This document shows positions 13,071 through 23,772 of a DNA stretch of 64,000 nt, one piece after another. Source of the stretch: Chiloscyllium plagiosum. Taxonomy: Eukaryota. The notes beneath the pieces were generated by a model, which worked only from the letters and a program-made list of their open reading frames with translations, did no database searches and was not told the origin of the DNA. The first letter of the stretch is position 1, and each line of letters starts with the position of its first letter. The translations under genes and the position numbers were made by a program. The stretch is taken from positions 74,053,657 to 74,117,656 of the forward strand of contig NC_057719.1 of assembly GCF_004010195.1 (NCBI RefSeq), in the 5' to 3' direction.

Positions 13071-13738
13071 CAATGGAAAACTGAAGGAAAATAAAAAGAT
13101 GTTGGCATGAATTTTTCCCTTCACTGATATATGTCACCTCTACAAGTATGCTTATTATGATTTGAAGGTATATCCCCCACACATTGCACTGACTTTTTCA
13201 GTCCTTTTGCCAAAATTGGGTAGTCCAATGTGAAAGATCCAGGAATTTTGAACTCCCAATGGTCCTGAAAGTTTCCCACAATCCTTTACATTGGTTTAAA
13301 GAAAAATTGCACTGGAAACCAATCTTGCCCACAAGTCTGTTATAACTGAGAGCCAACTAATTACCATAAAGATTTTCAATCATTGAACTCATTCGCATGC
13401 CTTTTTAAAGATTTGTTAAAATTAAGCTTCCTTAAATGCTGAAACCCTAATAGGATCATTTAAAAATGCTATTAAATATTTAAATTACTTGCTTCAGTAC
13501 ACCAGTAAAATTAATAAATTATACTATGCTATTTCCTGAAGTCACTTTCAGTTCATTAAAATTGGGTCACCAATTGGATGTTCTTGGTAACATTGCTTGC
13601 TCCTTCTCTTAAATCCAGAGCCTAAACTGTGCCTGGTTACAACTTAAATATTATCAGAGTATTTCTCAGTGCAATTTTTCAAAGGAAAATGTTGATTAAC
13701 ACTGTCAAATTTCACTGAACATATCTCTGATTATCTGC

Positions 13739-14382
13739 TGTTATGGGCCAGATCAACCACCCTCAAAATGTGTGAAGAAGATAGCCTAGACCCTAACGTT
13801 TCCTTATTTTGAAGGCAAGTGCTGGATGTCGTGTTCCCAATGTCATTCACTTGGTCAAACAACCAGTCTTGAAACAAAACCCACTTTATCCCTACAATAT
13901 AGTTAAAATACAACAAAAGAAAGAATTGGAAACACTTAACTCCATTGAAAAACATAACTTAATAATAGATTATTTAACTACTAAACAATGACTGCTCCAA
14001 TATTGTAACATTCCATAAACACATCCTTGGCAAAGGCAATTTCAGTAAAATAGATAGTCTCACATGCAATTTTAGCAGCAGGAGGAGAACTCCAGATTTT
14101 AGCTGCAACAAAGAGGAATAAGAGCTTCTACATCCAGCTTCAAGAACCCAACAACTGCTGAAAGTAGAACTAAAAATCTTGGTTCAGCAGGCGCTTGATA
14201 CCACCCATTCAGGCTGCTTCTATTGTTCCAATTTTTTTAAAAAGGAAGGAAACCCCAAGGCCTCTCAAGCCGTTCACTCTATTGGCTTTGAGCAGACTCC
14301 TCAGGGCCTCTGTCTCAACCTTTCTTCCATTTAAAACAAAAATAGGACAAGATACACCACTTAAAGCTATAATATTGTCACA
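13739..14382 (-). mobile_element. Solo LTR candidate (~644 bp)
   Basis: Termini TGTTATG...TGTCACA (TGT...ACA inverted ends), non-coding; flanking TSD not conserved (ctgc vs cttt); orientation is a guess. Confidence 0.55.
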
Positions 14383-16214
14383 CTTTGAGTGTCAATGTGA
14401 GCAAAGAAATCCCTGCAATGTTTTGCCTGGAATGTCAGTTGCTCCAAGTGGAATGTCTTTCCTATAAGTTGCCTGGATCAATATCTGGAACTCTGCCTGT
14501 TCAAGTACTTTGATTAAGTAGAGGCTGTACATACTCTTAAACTTTCCAATTAAAATTATCGACCAACACAATTGCAAATAATCTTACGTAAATACAATTT
14601 CATGAAGGGCTTTGAATTTAAGTTAATGGAATAAGTAGTACTATGACAACTCTAGCTGGATATAATCGTTGAGGTTTCATCACTTGACCTCCATCCTCTA
14701 ACTGCCCTCCTCCCTATGATCACAGCATCTGACTAACCAACATGTCTGTTCTCATGATGTAATGCTGGCCACACTACTTGGAAAGCAATAATATTTTAGC
14801 AACCCACAGGTATTTGCTTATAGATATCAGCCAACATTGGCATGCCTGTGTATCATTGCTTTGTCTATCCTTAATGAGATATTTGACCATGACCTTGATC
14901 AGCCATTCTACACTTCCTGATGTATGTTGTATTCCAACTCTTAGGGAAAATGGCTCCCTGATGAATTTGTATTATGGCACCCTATAATGGCACTTGGCTA
15001 CATAGTCTTTACACACACTTTCTTAAATGCAGCCCTCTCTTGAAAAAGGCTGAGCTGACCTGACAGCTACCCCAGTTTTGGTAATGATGTGGCATTCCTC
15101 ATGTCACTCTTAGCATCCCTTCTTTTTAAGAACCTCCCTTGCTCTTGCTGTCTCTATCTGACTTTTGCCGCACATATCTCCAGCCATTCCTAACTTGCAT
15201 ATCCTTGACTGTAGCACTTTGAAGCAGTCATTAGTCTGGCAAAGCTAGGTAAAACATCGCACGGACACGAGGGAAAATCTCCCAGGACCCCCAGGAATCT
15301 GCAGATGTTGGCTTTAGGATCATTGGCCAAAACAGAAGGGATTTCAGATGGTGAGTCAATTTATGAGAAACATGTCAGGACCCTCGGTATATGGTGGGCA
15401 AAGCCATCAAATATAATTTTGCACATATTACATACCATGTACTGTTGAAGTTGTTGCTAAGCTGCTGCAATTAAAGTATCAAGAGTCCGACCAAATCTTT
15501 GTTCAGGCAACTGCTGTGAGACAGATCACCTGCCTGCCCATCCTGTCAAAGAATTCAGGAGAAACAATTAACATAGTTTTGAGCCTTTGTAATATGGGCC
15601 ATGGTGCAGGTTCGGCATTTAGAAACTATTTTGTTGCTTTTTGGATCCATAATCTTTTCATTTGCAGTGGTCTCTTAACATAAGGAACAAGTTAATAGAT
15701 TATGTATAAATTTTACTGCTCTGATGGTTTATAGTTCTGTCCTATAATATATACAAATTACTTCCTCCCTTGCCTTCTCCTTGAGTTTATTTATTTCCCT
15801 CAAAGTTTTGGGCGATGCCTTGTGTTGGTGATTTGTCAAGGGAAACTGTTTGGATTAAGTTAAGCAATGCTTGTGGCATAAGATCCAAACTCATCTTTTT
15901 CCTCTCTGAACTTTAGTTTATACAAATACAGTGACCAGTGAACAATAGACATTATTTTACATGAGACTTTATCAATGTTTTCAAGTACCTCGACACTTCA
16001 GACTCTAAGCCTATACAGTAAAATTCAATTTAGTTTGATAATTGCTGTCACACACATACTTCAGTGCTTCTTCCGCTAGCTTCTTTTTTCTAAAACAAAA
16101 TCCTCTTGAAATTGTGTTTGCAATGTTATTCTTTCTTTCTGTCCTCTTCAACAATTTGACACAAAATGTTATACTTCATTCCTGAAACTTTTATTTGTTA
16201 ATCAAGGAGAAGGC

Positions 16215-17057
16215 AAATGCACTTGTATTTGCAAAGTGTCTGTCACTTCATCAGGAAGATGCAAAGTGCTTTTGAAATGTCACCTCTGGATGTAGGTTTG
16301 CTCGCAGAGCTGGAAGGTGCATTTTCAGACATTTCGTATACTAGGTAATATCTTCAGTGAGCCTCCGAATGAAGCACTGATGGTGTAGCCCGTTTTCTAT
16401 TTATGTGTTTGATTTCTTAAGGTTGGTGATGTCCTTTCTAGGGTGACATCATTTCCTATGGTGATCTTTTTCTCAGGGGGTGGTAAATGGGATCCAAGTC
16501 AATGTGTTTGTTGATAGAGTTCCAGTTAGAATGCCATGCTTCTAGGAATTCTCGTGCGTGTCTCTGCTTGGCTTGTCCTAGGATGGATGTGTTGTCCAAG
16601 TCAAAGTGGTGTCCTTCCTCATAAAACATGTTAAGGATACTAGTGAAAGTGGGTCATGTCGTTTTATGGCTAGTTGATGTTCACGTATCCTGGTATTCGC
16701 ACTCACGTTCACCACCTCCACATTCTCTCACGTATATACACCCCCACACACTCCCTAGCCCCCTCTCCCATCCCCTCTCTCACCCACACTCTCCCTCTTG
16801 CATACTCACTCTCACTCACATATGCGCGCACACACATACATATTCAGGCTCTCACTGTTGCACTCTCAATTGTGTGGAAGGCAGCTTTTGCATCCAACAG
16901 ACAGCAGATGCTTCTGTTTGTTCATCTACAATATACTAATTGTGACAGCACTGTACTACATCAGTACGGGACAGAACTGTCACCCTAGATTATATACTCA
17001 CGTCTTTAGAGTGGGACTTAAATTATGATCTGCTGACTCAGAAGTAAAAGTACAACC
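16215..17057 (-). mobile_element. DeuSINE-like element split by a Penelope insertion (pieces ~16215-16275 and ~16870-17057)
   Basis: 3' end 'cttgtatttgcaaagtgtctgtcac...caaagtgcttt' and head 'gagtgggacttaaattatgatctgctgactcaga' resemble the reverse complement of 50260-50649. Confidence 0.55.
16286..16696 (-). mobile_element. Penelope-like element, 5'-truncated (GIY-YIG C-terminus plus pLTR)
   Basis: Minus translation 'RIREHQLAIKRHDPLSLVS...EEGHHFDLDNTSILGQAKQRHAREFLEAWHSNWNSINKHIDLDPIYHP', paralogous to 21776-22125. Confidence 0.88.
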
Positions 17058-17064
17058 ACACTGA

Positions 17065-17720
17065 AGTGTGAAGTGTTTCATTTTGGTAGAGAGAGCACAA
17101 ACAAACAATATGACAAAAATGGCACAATTCTAAAAGATCAGAGGCATTTGTGTCTCTGCATGCAATAGTCATTTAAGGTGGCAGGACAGGTTGAGAGCAG
17201 TCAATAAAGTGAAAAATATCTCAGCCTTTATTAATAAGGGCAGAAAGTTTGAGAGTGAGGTAGTTATGTTGGACTCAAATAAGACATTGGATTAGCCTGT
17301 GTTGGTATAGTGCTTCCAGTTTTGGGTGCAGCTTTCAGTAACAAAGATTGGAGATTTGGGAGGAGAGGGGATTTTGATGGGGGTAGTCAAAATCGTGAGG
17401 GGTCTGTATTGAGTAGGTGGGGGCAATAAAACTATTCCCACTCATGACTGGTTGAGGGCCAAAAAGGGGCAGGTTTAAGGAAATTGCCTTTGCTTCATTT
17501 GCCAACGTGAGGAAAAACATTTCACTCTGGAATGCGTTGCCTGGGAGTGTGATGGCGATGTCACAATTAATGCATTTAGAAGGTAATTAGATTGCTTTCA
17601 GAAAGGAAGCATATGCTGGATTAGGGAGAGAAGATGGGATAATAACACCAGGTGACTTTCTCATTCAAAGAGCTGTAGATATGATGGACTGAATGGTGGC
17701 CTCCTGTGCTATTACAAGTG
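17065..17720 (+). mobile_element. Old degenerate CR1 LINE 3' fragment
   Basis: 'aagtgtgaagtgtttcattttggtag', 'cagttttggg', 'ctctggaatgcgttgcctg', 'atgatggactgaatgg..cctcctgtgct'. Confidence 0.75.
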
Positions 17721-17888
17721 TCTTTCAGTATGCTGGATTGCATATTTCTAATATTGCAAGAAGATAAATAACATTCAAACAGTAGGTAAATGGCCTGAGC
17801 CAAGCCCAGGGGGCAATAAAAAGGACCAAGATAAATGGAAGCTTGTCCAGAAATTTAGTGTTAATTATGGAGTGCCTATAAGATTATA

Positions 17889-18088
17889 ATTTGGAGGTGC
17901 AGGTGTTGGACTGGGGTGTACAAAGTTAAAAATCACAACGCCAGGTTATAGTCCAACAGGTTTATTCAGAAGCACAAGCTTTCAGAGCACTGCTCCTTCA
18001 ATCACCTCATGAAGGAGCAGCGCTCCAAAAGCCAGTGCTTCTAAATAAACCTGTTGGACTATAACCTGGTGTTGTAATTTTTAACTTT
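17889..18088. mobile_element. Short fold-back Penelope-pLTR-derived element (family A)
   Basis: Arms 'aaagttaaaaat...ccaggttatagtccaacaggtttatt' and 'aataaacctgttggactataacctgg...tttttaacttt' are inverted repeats; flanking direct repeat AAGATTATA at 17880-17888 and 18091-18099. Confidence 0.85.
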
Positions 18089-18147
18089 ACAAGATTATAC
18101 GCACCGTTCATACTAATTAATGATCATTAACTGGTCCACAGATGAAT

Positions 18148-18405
18148 CTGGTTTTATTCTTGTATGAGATGTGAGTGTCACTGACACCTCGAGGCTGTGT
18201 CTGTAAGCCATTTAGTAGTGAGGTTAAAAGTACATTTTTGTTGTTGGTCTGGAGTCACATGTAGGCCAGACCAGGGGGAAGGCCAGCAGATTTCATTCAA
18301 GAATGTTAGTGAACCATTCACCTTGTTGTTATTTGAGCCTGTGTCACCATAACAGAGCTTTCGATTACTACTCCAATGACATTATCATGGCATCACCACC
18401 TCCTT
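18148..18405 (-). mobile_element. tRNA-derived SINE of the 2730/22195 family
   Basis: 'ggtctggagtcacatgtaggccagaccaggg', 'ttagtgaacca', 'ccaatgacattatcatggcatcaccacctcc'. Confidence 0.65.
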
Positions 18406-19137
18406 ATGCTAAACTTCTAATGCAAACTTGAACAGTTTGCTGCAATGATGCTGCTCAAGGAATAAATGTACATTGTGTCACATTTTAGAGCTCCTTTCAT
18501 CTTATTAGCTTCATTTTAATTGTTTTTTTTTAGTGCACAAGAACACTTTCTGAAATATGTTCCTACAAAGATTGGATGAGATTCTGTTGTAAAGAAAACA
18601 TAAGAATCGGGCTATTGGTGTTTTCCACTATTTTTCTGGAAATTAGACAACACAAACTAACAGATGTGAAATTACATGCCAAAATGGAGAGTTGTTGTTC
18701 AGGGAGCCCTGAGCTTTTGAAGGTTATGTTATAATGTTATCATGCTAGGAACCAGGACTTAAACTATATTGAGCAGCAGTTTGCTACTGTACTTACCTCA
18801 TGGAAATGGGCTAAACTTGCTAGAAAATTTTGTGGCTTGAACATTTGAATACAATAAATATTTTAATAGTGTGGAATGTTCTAGTTCATGTTGCCTTGAC
18901 CCTTTTCAAAAAAAAAACTTTTAGAAGTGTGGACTCTCATTCCTTCAAATATTGCCTTGGAAGTTTTTTTTTAATGTTTTAAGTTTTCATTTTCTCTGCC
19001 AAAATCCCATCTTTCTCTTTGCTTTGCTTTTTCTACATGGGTCAACCTTGAATTCAATATTCCAACTGCTGCACAACTATTTTGTATCCAATTAGGTACT
19101 TAGGAAGTGATTATACAGGGAAAAAAAAACAGCAGGC

Positions 19138-19275
19138 AGAAAGTGAGGACTGTAGATGCTGGAGGTCAGAGTCATCAGGCTCATTCCTGATGAAGGTCTT
19201 TTGCCCGAAACGTCAATTCTCCTGCTCCTTGGATGCTGCCTGATCTGCTGTTTTCTTCCAGCACCACATTCTCAA
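19138..19275. mobile_element. Short Penelope-pLTR-derived element (family B) with hammerhead core
   Basis: 'aaagtgaggactgtagatgctggag...tcatcagg/cctgatgaaggtcttttgcccgaaacgtc'; same family at 39871-39966 and 41697-41883. Confidence 0.75.
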
Positions 19276-19284
19276 ATAAGGGAA

Positions 19285-19500
19285 AAAGCAGCTGCCAATT
19301 TGCACATAGCAAGATTCCACAAGCAGCAATAAGATAAATAATCAGATAATCCCATCTAGTGATGTTGCTGAGGATGAACTATTGGCTAGGAGATCAGGAA
19401 GAACTCTCCAGTAGTAGTGTGTCAACCTTGATCACATGCTCAAATCTCTGGAGAGATGATAACATCTGACGCTGAGATGGCATGCTCTCGACTGAGACCC
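19285..19500 (-). mobile_element. DeuSINE-like element
   Basis: 'gcagctgccaatttgcacatagcaagattccacaagcagcaat...cagataatc...gtgatgttg' is the reverse complement of the core at ~50480-50560. Confidence 0.7.
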
Positions 19501-20311
19501 TATCCTAGTGTCAAATGACAGCAAAGTCAAAGTTTCCAGAACATGGTTGATTACAGCTGTGGATTAGTGCATTAGTTCACTACACAATCTGTTCCTTTCT
19601 CCTCGATTTCATGAGCTTCAACAAAAACTCATGATTACTTAACTCTTCAAATGTTTAAATATCACAAGCGCATTACTTATTTGCTTTGACTTTTAAATAC
19701 TACACTTCAACTATTTGATGAGAGCATAGTTATTTGTATGATAGTTGAGTTCATAACTGAAGTGCTGGCTTTATGAAATAAAACTTTTATAGACTTGAGG
19801 CACTTAGAAAATACAAGACTGTAAATACCCTGAGCTGAGTCCTTCGACTGACTTCAAATTGTGGTTGAGGTCACAGACTAAGACAAGTACTAAGGAAGAT
19901 ATTGCAACACTTTATTGGAATAAAATGAAAAATTGCTTTGTTTAAATGTCTATGATAAAAAAAACAAACAGGCTAACAGTAAAAATCTGTACTTATTCAA
20001 TGATCTGTCTGCCCCATAATTTATTTTATAAAGTATTGCTACATACTGAAGTCCTGAGTTATTAATGTTAGTTGGGAATGGGAATGGTCTGCTTTCTTGG
20101 AATTTATTATCAGAATGGAAAGTTGTGAGTCACTCTTATTCTTCCATCAGAATGCTGTCATAATTCCCAAAAAAAAAGTCTTGAGTTGTACTAATATTTT
20201 TTTTTAGAACGTCTGGTTAATTTGCTGTTGCGAATTTGATACTCTTTTGGCAGTGTTATTGTCATCGTAACTTTGTACACCCCAGTCCAACACCGGCATC
20301 TCCAAATTATT

Positions 20312-21160
20312 ACAGAACAGGTAATGTTAGGCAAGCTAATACAGCTAAGGATAGACAAGTCTCCTGGCCCTAATAAGGGAGGTGGTGCAGCTCTGATATT
20401 CAAGGACGACACCAGGGTACCAAAAGAGATAGTGGGAGAAATAGCAAGTGCACTGGGGGTAATTTTCCAAAATTCGCTGGACTCTGCGGCAGTCCTAGCA
20501 GAATGGAAAACAGCAAATATGACACCACTGTTTAAAAAGGGAGGTAGGTAAAAGATGGGGAATTATAGACCAGGTAGCTTAACCTCTATAATGGGGAAGA
20601 TACTTGAGTCTATTTTCAAGAAAGAAATAAATCAAGTACTGCATCTCGTTGGGTAGGTCATGCTTAACAAATCTTTTGGAATCCTATGAAGACATTACGA
20701 GCAAGGTGGACAACAGGAATCCAGTTGATGTGGTGTACCTAGACTTCCAAAAGGCCTTCGACAAGGTCCATGCAAGAGGTTGCTGCATAAGATAAAGATG
20801 CATAACTTTACAGGTAAAGTATTAGCATGGATAGAGGATTGGTTGACTAACAGGAAGCAAAGAGTGGGGATAAATGTGTGCTGTTCTGGTTGACAATCAA
20901 TCAGTGACTAGTGGTGTGCCTCAGGGATTAGTCTTGGACTGCATTATTCATAATTTATATATATCATTTGCAGTTGGGGACCACGTTTAGTGTGTCAAAG
21001 TTTGCTGATGTCACTAAGATAAGTGGCAAAGATAAGTGGCAAAGCAAAGTGTGCAGAGGACTGTGAAACTTTGCAGAGGAACAGAGATACTTTTAAGTGA
21101 GTGGGCAAAAGTTTGGCAGATGGAATACAATGTTAATAAATGTGAAGTTATCCATTTTGA
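20312..21160 (+). mobile_element. CR1 LINE RT-region fragment
   Basis: 'DKSPGP', 'WKTANMTPLFKKG', 'aattatagacca' (NYRP), 'gacttccaaaaggccttcgacaaggt' (DFQKAFDKV), GVPQG, KFADV; many disablements. Confidence 0.92.
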
Positions 21161-21193
21161 TAGAAATACAGAGTAGCTCTGTGGATGATACTA

Positions 21194-21366
21194 CAGAGGA
21201 ACCTCGATTATCGGCATTCAATTGTCCAAATATCGGATTATCTGCCAAGATTGCAGTGTCCCAATGTTCAGCTAAACTATTTTATCCAGCACTCCATTAT
21301 TGAGTATTCGATTAACTGAACAAAATACTCTCCACCCATGTCCTTCGGATAATCAAAGTTCCTCTG
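21194..21366. mobile_element. Tc1/mariner (Tigger/pogo-like) MITE
   Basis: TIRs CAGAGGAACCTCGATTATC / GATAATCAAAGTTCCTCTG with TA on both sides (21192-93, 21367-68). Confidence 0.88.
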
Positions 21367-21644
21367 TATAAATATGAACATGGATGGAGACAGAACCCCA
21401 ACACTCATTGAGGCTGTTTATCTCAACCAGCTGAGGACTAAGAAATGGCCTTAGTTTTTTTAAGTGCTTCTTCAGAACCTAGTAGAAGACCTCAGTCATG
21501 AAGATCTCGAAAGAGGCTTCACATACACACATCCTTTAAAGGTGACAGGGCATTTTGAGAGAGAGAGAGAAGCTGCCGAGAAGAATAGAATTTTGGGTTT
21601 GGTAGGTACAGGCATTCAAAGTTTGTGAGAAGATTTATATTTCG

Positions 21645-22125
21645 GGTGCTCGTTGCTCTAGTTCTGTTCGCCGAGCTGGAAGTTTTTGTTGCAAACATTT
21701 CATCCCCTGTCTAGGTGACATCCTCAGTGCTTGGGAGCCTCCTGTGAAGCGCTACTGTGGTGTTTCCTCCGGCATTTATAGTGGCCTGTCCCTCCGCTTC
21801 CGGTTATTAGTTTCAGCTGTCCGCTGTAGTGGCCGGTATATTGGGTCCAGGTCTATGTGTTTGTTGATGGAGTTTGTGGATGAGTGCCAAGCTTCTAGGA
21901 ATTTCCTGGCTGTCCTTTGTTTCGCTTGCCCTATAATGGTAGTGTTGTTCGAGTCGAATTCATGTTGCTTGTCGTCTGCGTGTGTGGCTACTAGGGATAG
22001 CTGGTCGTGTCGTTTCGTGGCTAGTTGATGTTCATGGATGCGGATCGTTAGCTGTCTTCCTGTTTGTCCTATGTAGTGTTTTGTGCAGTCCTTGCATGGG
22101 ATTTTGTACACTACGTTAGTTTGGC
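21645..22125 (-). mobile_element. Penelope-like element, 5'-truncated, GIY-YIG endonuclease plus pLTR
   Basis: ORF 21776-22207(-): 'NVVYKIPCKDCTKHYIGQTGRQLTIRIHEH...KFLEAWHS..SINKHIDLDPIY' (GIY-YIG with intervening CxxC). Confidence 0.93.
21691..21730 (-). ncRNA. Minimal hammerhead ribozyme motif in a Penelope pLTR
   Basis: Minus strand: GCA-CUGAGGA-U-GUCACC-UAGACA-GGGGAU-GAAA-UG-UU-UGC; helix I GCA/UGC, helix II mostly paired, core intact. Confidence 0.75.
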
Positions 22126-22194
22126 TACAGGCATTGAATACAAAAGTGTAGAACTTTACCTTTGTAAAAGCTCTGGCTTGGCCACAAGTATTTT

Positions 22195-22392
22195 TGAATT
22201 CATTCACGGAATGAGGGCATCACTGGCTAGGCCAGCATTTACTGTCCATCCCTAATTACCCAGAGGGCGGTTAAAAGTCAGCGACATTGCAGTGGGTCTG
22301 GGGTTGCATGTAGACCGGACCAGGTAAGGATGGCAGTTTCCTTTCTTAAAGGGGATTAGTGAGCCACATTGTTTTTTGTGACAATCAATATT
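22195..22392 (-). mobile_element. tRNA-derived SINE 3' half (partner of the 24742-26435 LINE)
   Basis: Minus tail 'GGGTAATTAGGGATGGACAGTAAATGCTGGCCTAGCCAGTGATGCCCTCATTCCGTGAATGAA'. Confidence 0.8.
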
Positions 22393-22574
22393 GAGCTTAC
22401 ATAAGGTAGACAAAGAAAATCTATTCCTATTAGCTGATGGGACAAGGATTCAGGGACACTGATTTAAGATTCTGAATAAGAGATGTAAGGTGAGAAAATG
22501 TGAGGGAAGAAAAGAAATTAAGTAACAAAAGATAATTTAATGATGTGGTGTGTCTGAGGGGTGATGGAAGCATT

Positions 22575-23640
22575 ACTTGCTGTGGATAAAGGGCAGTTGG
22601 TGGATGCACTGTATTTTGATTTCCAGAAGGCATTTGATAAGCTGTCTCATCCAAGGTTACTGCAGGAAACTAAAGCTCATGTTATAGGGCTGCCATATTG
22701 GCATGGATAAAAAGATAGGCTGGCATAAAGGAAACAGAGTAAATGTAATTGAGATTTTCAGATTGACATGATGTAATAAGTGTGTTCCATAGGGATTGGT
22801 GATGGGATCTCAACTGTTTGTTATGAATGACATGGAGGAATTTGTTTTGCACTAATTTTTTTTGCTGTTGCGAATCTGATACTCTTTTGAAAGTGTTATT
22901 GTGACCGTAACTTGGTAAATAGAGAATAGTTCTTTGGATTATGCTATAAATATGATTAGATTAAATTCCCAACCAGTCCACACCGACCCTCTGAAGAGTA
23001 ACCCACCCAGACTCATTTGCCTCTGACTAATGCACCTAACACTATGGGCAATTTAGCATGGCCAATTCACCTGACCTGCACATCTTTGGAATGTGGGAGG
23101 AAACCGGAGCACCCTGAGGAAACCCAGGCAGACACTGGGAGAATATGCAAATTCCACACAGACAGTTGCCTGAGGCTGGAATCGAACCTGGGATCCTGGT
23201 GCTGTGAGGCAGTAGTGCTAACCACTGAGCCACCGTGGCACCCATGTATGAGCATGGATGGAGACAGTAACTATAGTTGCCAAATTCGCTGACAGAACAA
23301 AGTTAGGTGGGAAAGTAAGTTGTGACAAGGATACAAGGGAGTTACAAAGAGATATTGATAGTCTAGGTGCGTGGCCATAGATGTGGTAAATGGAATATCA
23401 TCTGGGGAAAATATGAAATTGTTCCTTTTAGTGGGAAGAATAAAGATGCATGCTCTCTCATTGGTGAGCAATTGCAGAGCTATGAGATGACTGAGGGATC
23501 TGAATATCCTTATGCACAAATTGCAAAAGGTTGGCATAGAGATACAGCAAATCAAGCAAGTTCAGAGAATATTATCATTTATTTCAATGAAGAATTGAAG
23601 ACAAAAGCAGGAAGATTCCTTCTTGAACAGCATTGCAGTT
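22575..23640 (+). mobile_element. Degenerate CR1 LINE RT fragment, interrupted
   Basis: 'gatttccagaaggcatttgataag' (DFQKAFDK); resumes at ~23270 'atagttgccaaattcgctgac' (IVAKFAD); interrupted by an unknown segment and an HE1 SINE. Confidence 0.8.
22957..23243 (-). mobile_element. HE1/V-type SINE
   Basis: Reverse complement of the tRNA head 'GGGTGCCACGGTGGCTCAGTGGTTAGCACT' and V-core; TATGA direct repeat on both sides. Confidence 0.92.
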
Positions 23641-23651
23641 ATACCTACATC

Positions 23652-23772
23652 ACATGGAGTGCAGTGGTTCGAGAAGGCAGCTCACCCCACCTTCTCAAGG
23701 GCAACCAGAGATGGGCAATAAATTCTGGCCTAATCAGTGAGACACTCATCCCACAACTGAATGAAGAAAGAA
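23652..23772 (+). mobile_element. 3' end of the CR1-group LINE family seen at 24742-26435
   Basis: 'ggagtgcagtggttcgagaaggcagctcacccccaccttctcaagggcaaccagagatgggcaataaatt' matches ~26328-26395. Confidence 0.8.
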
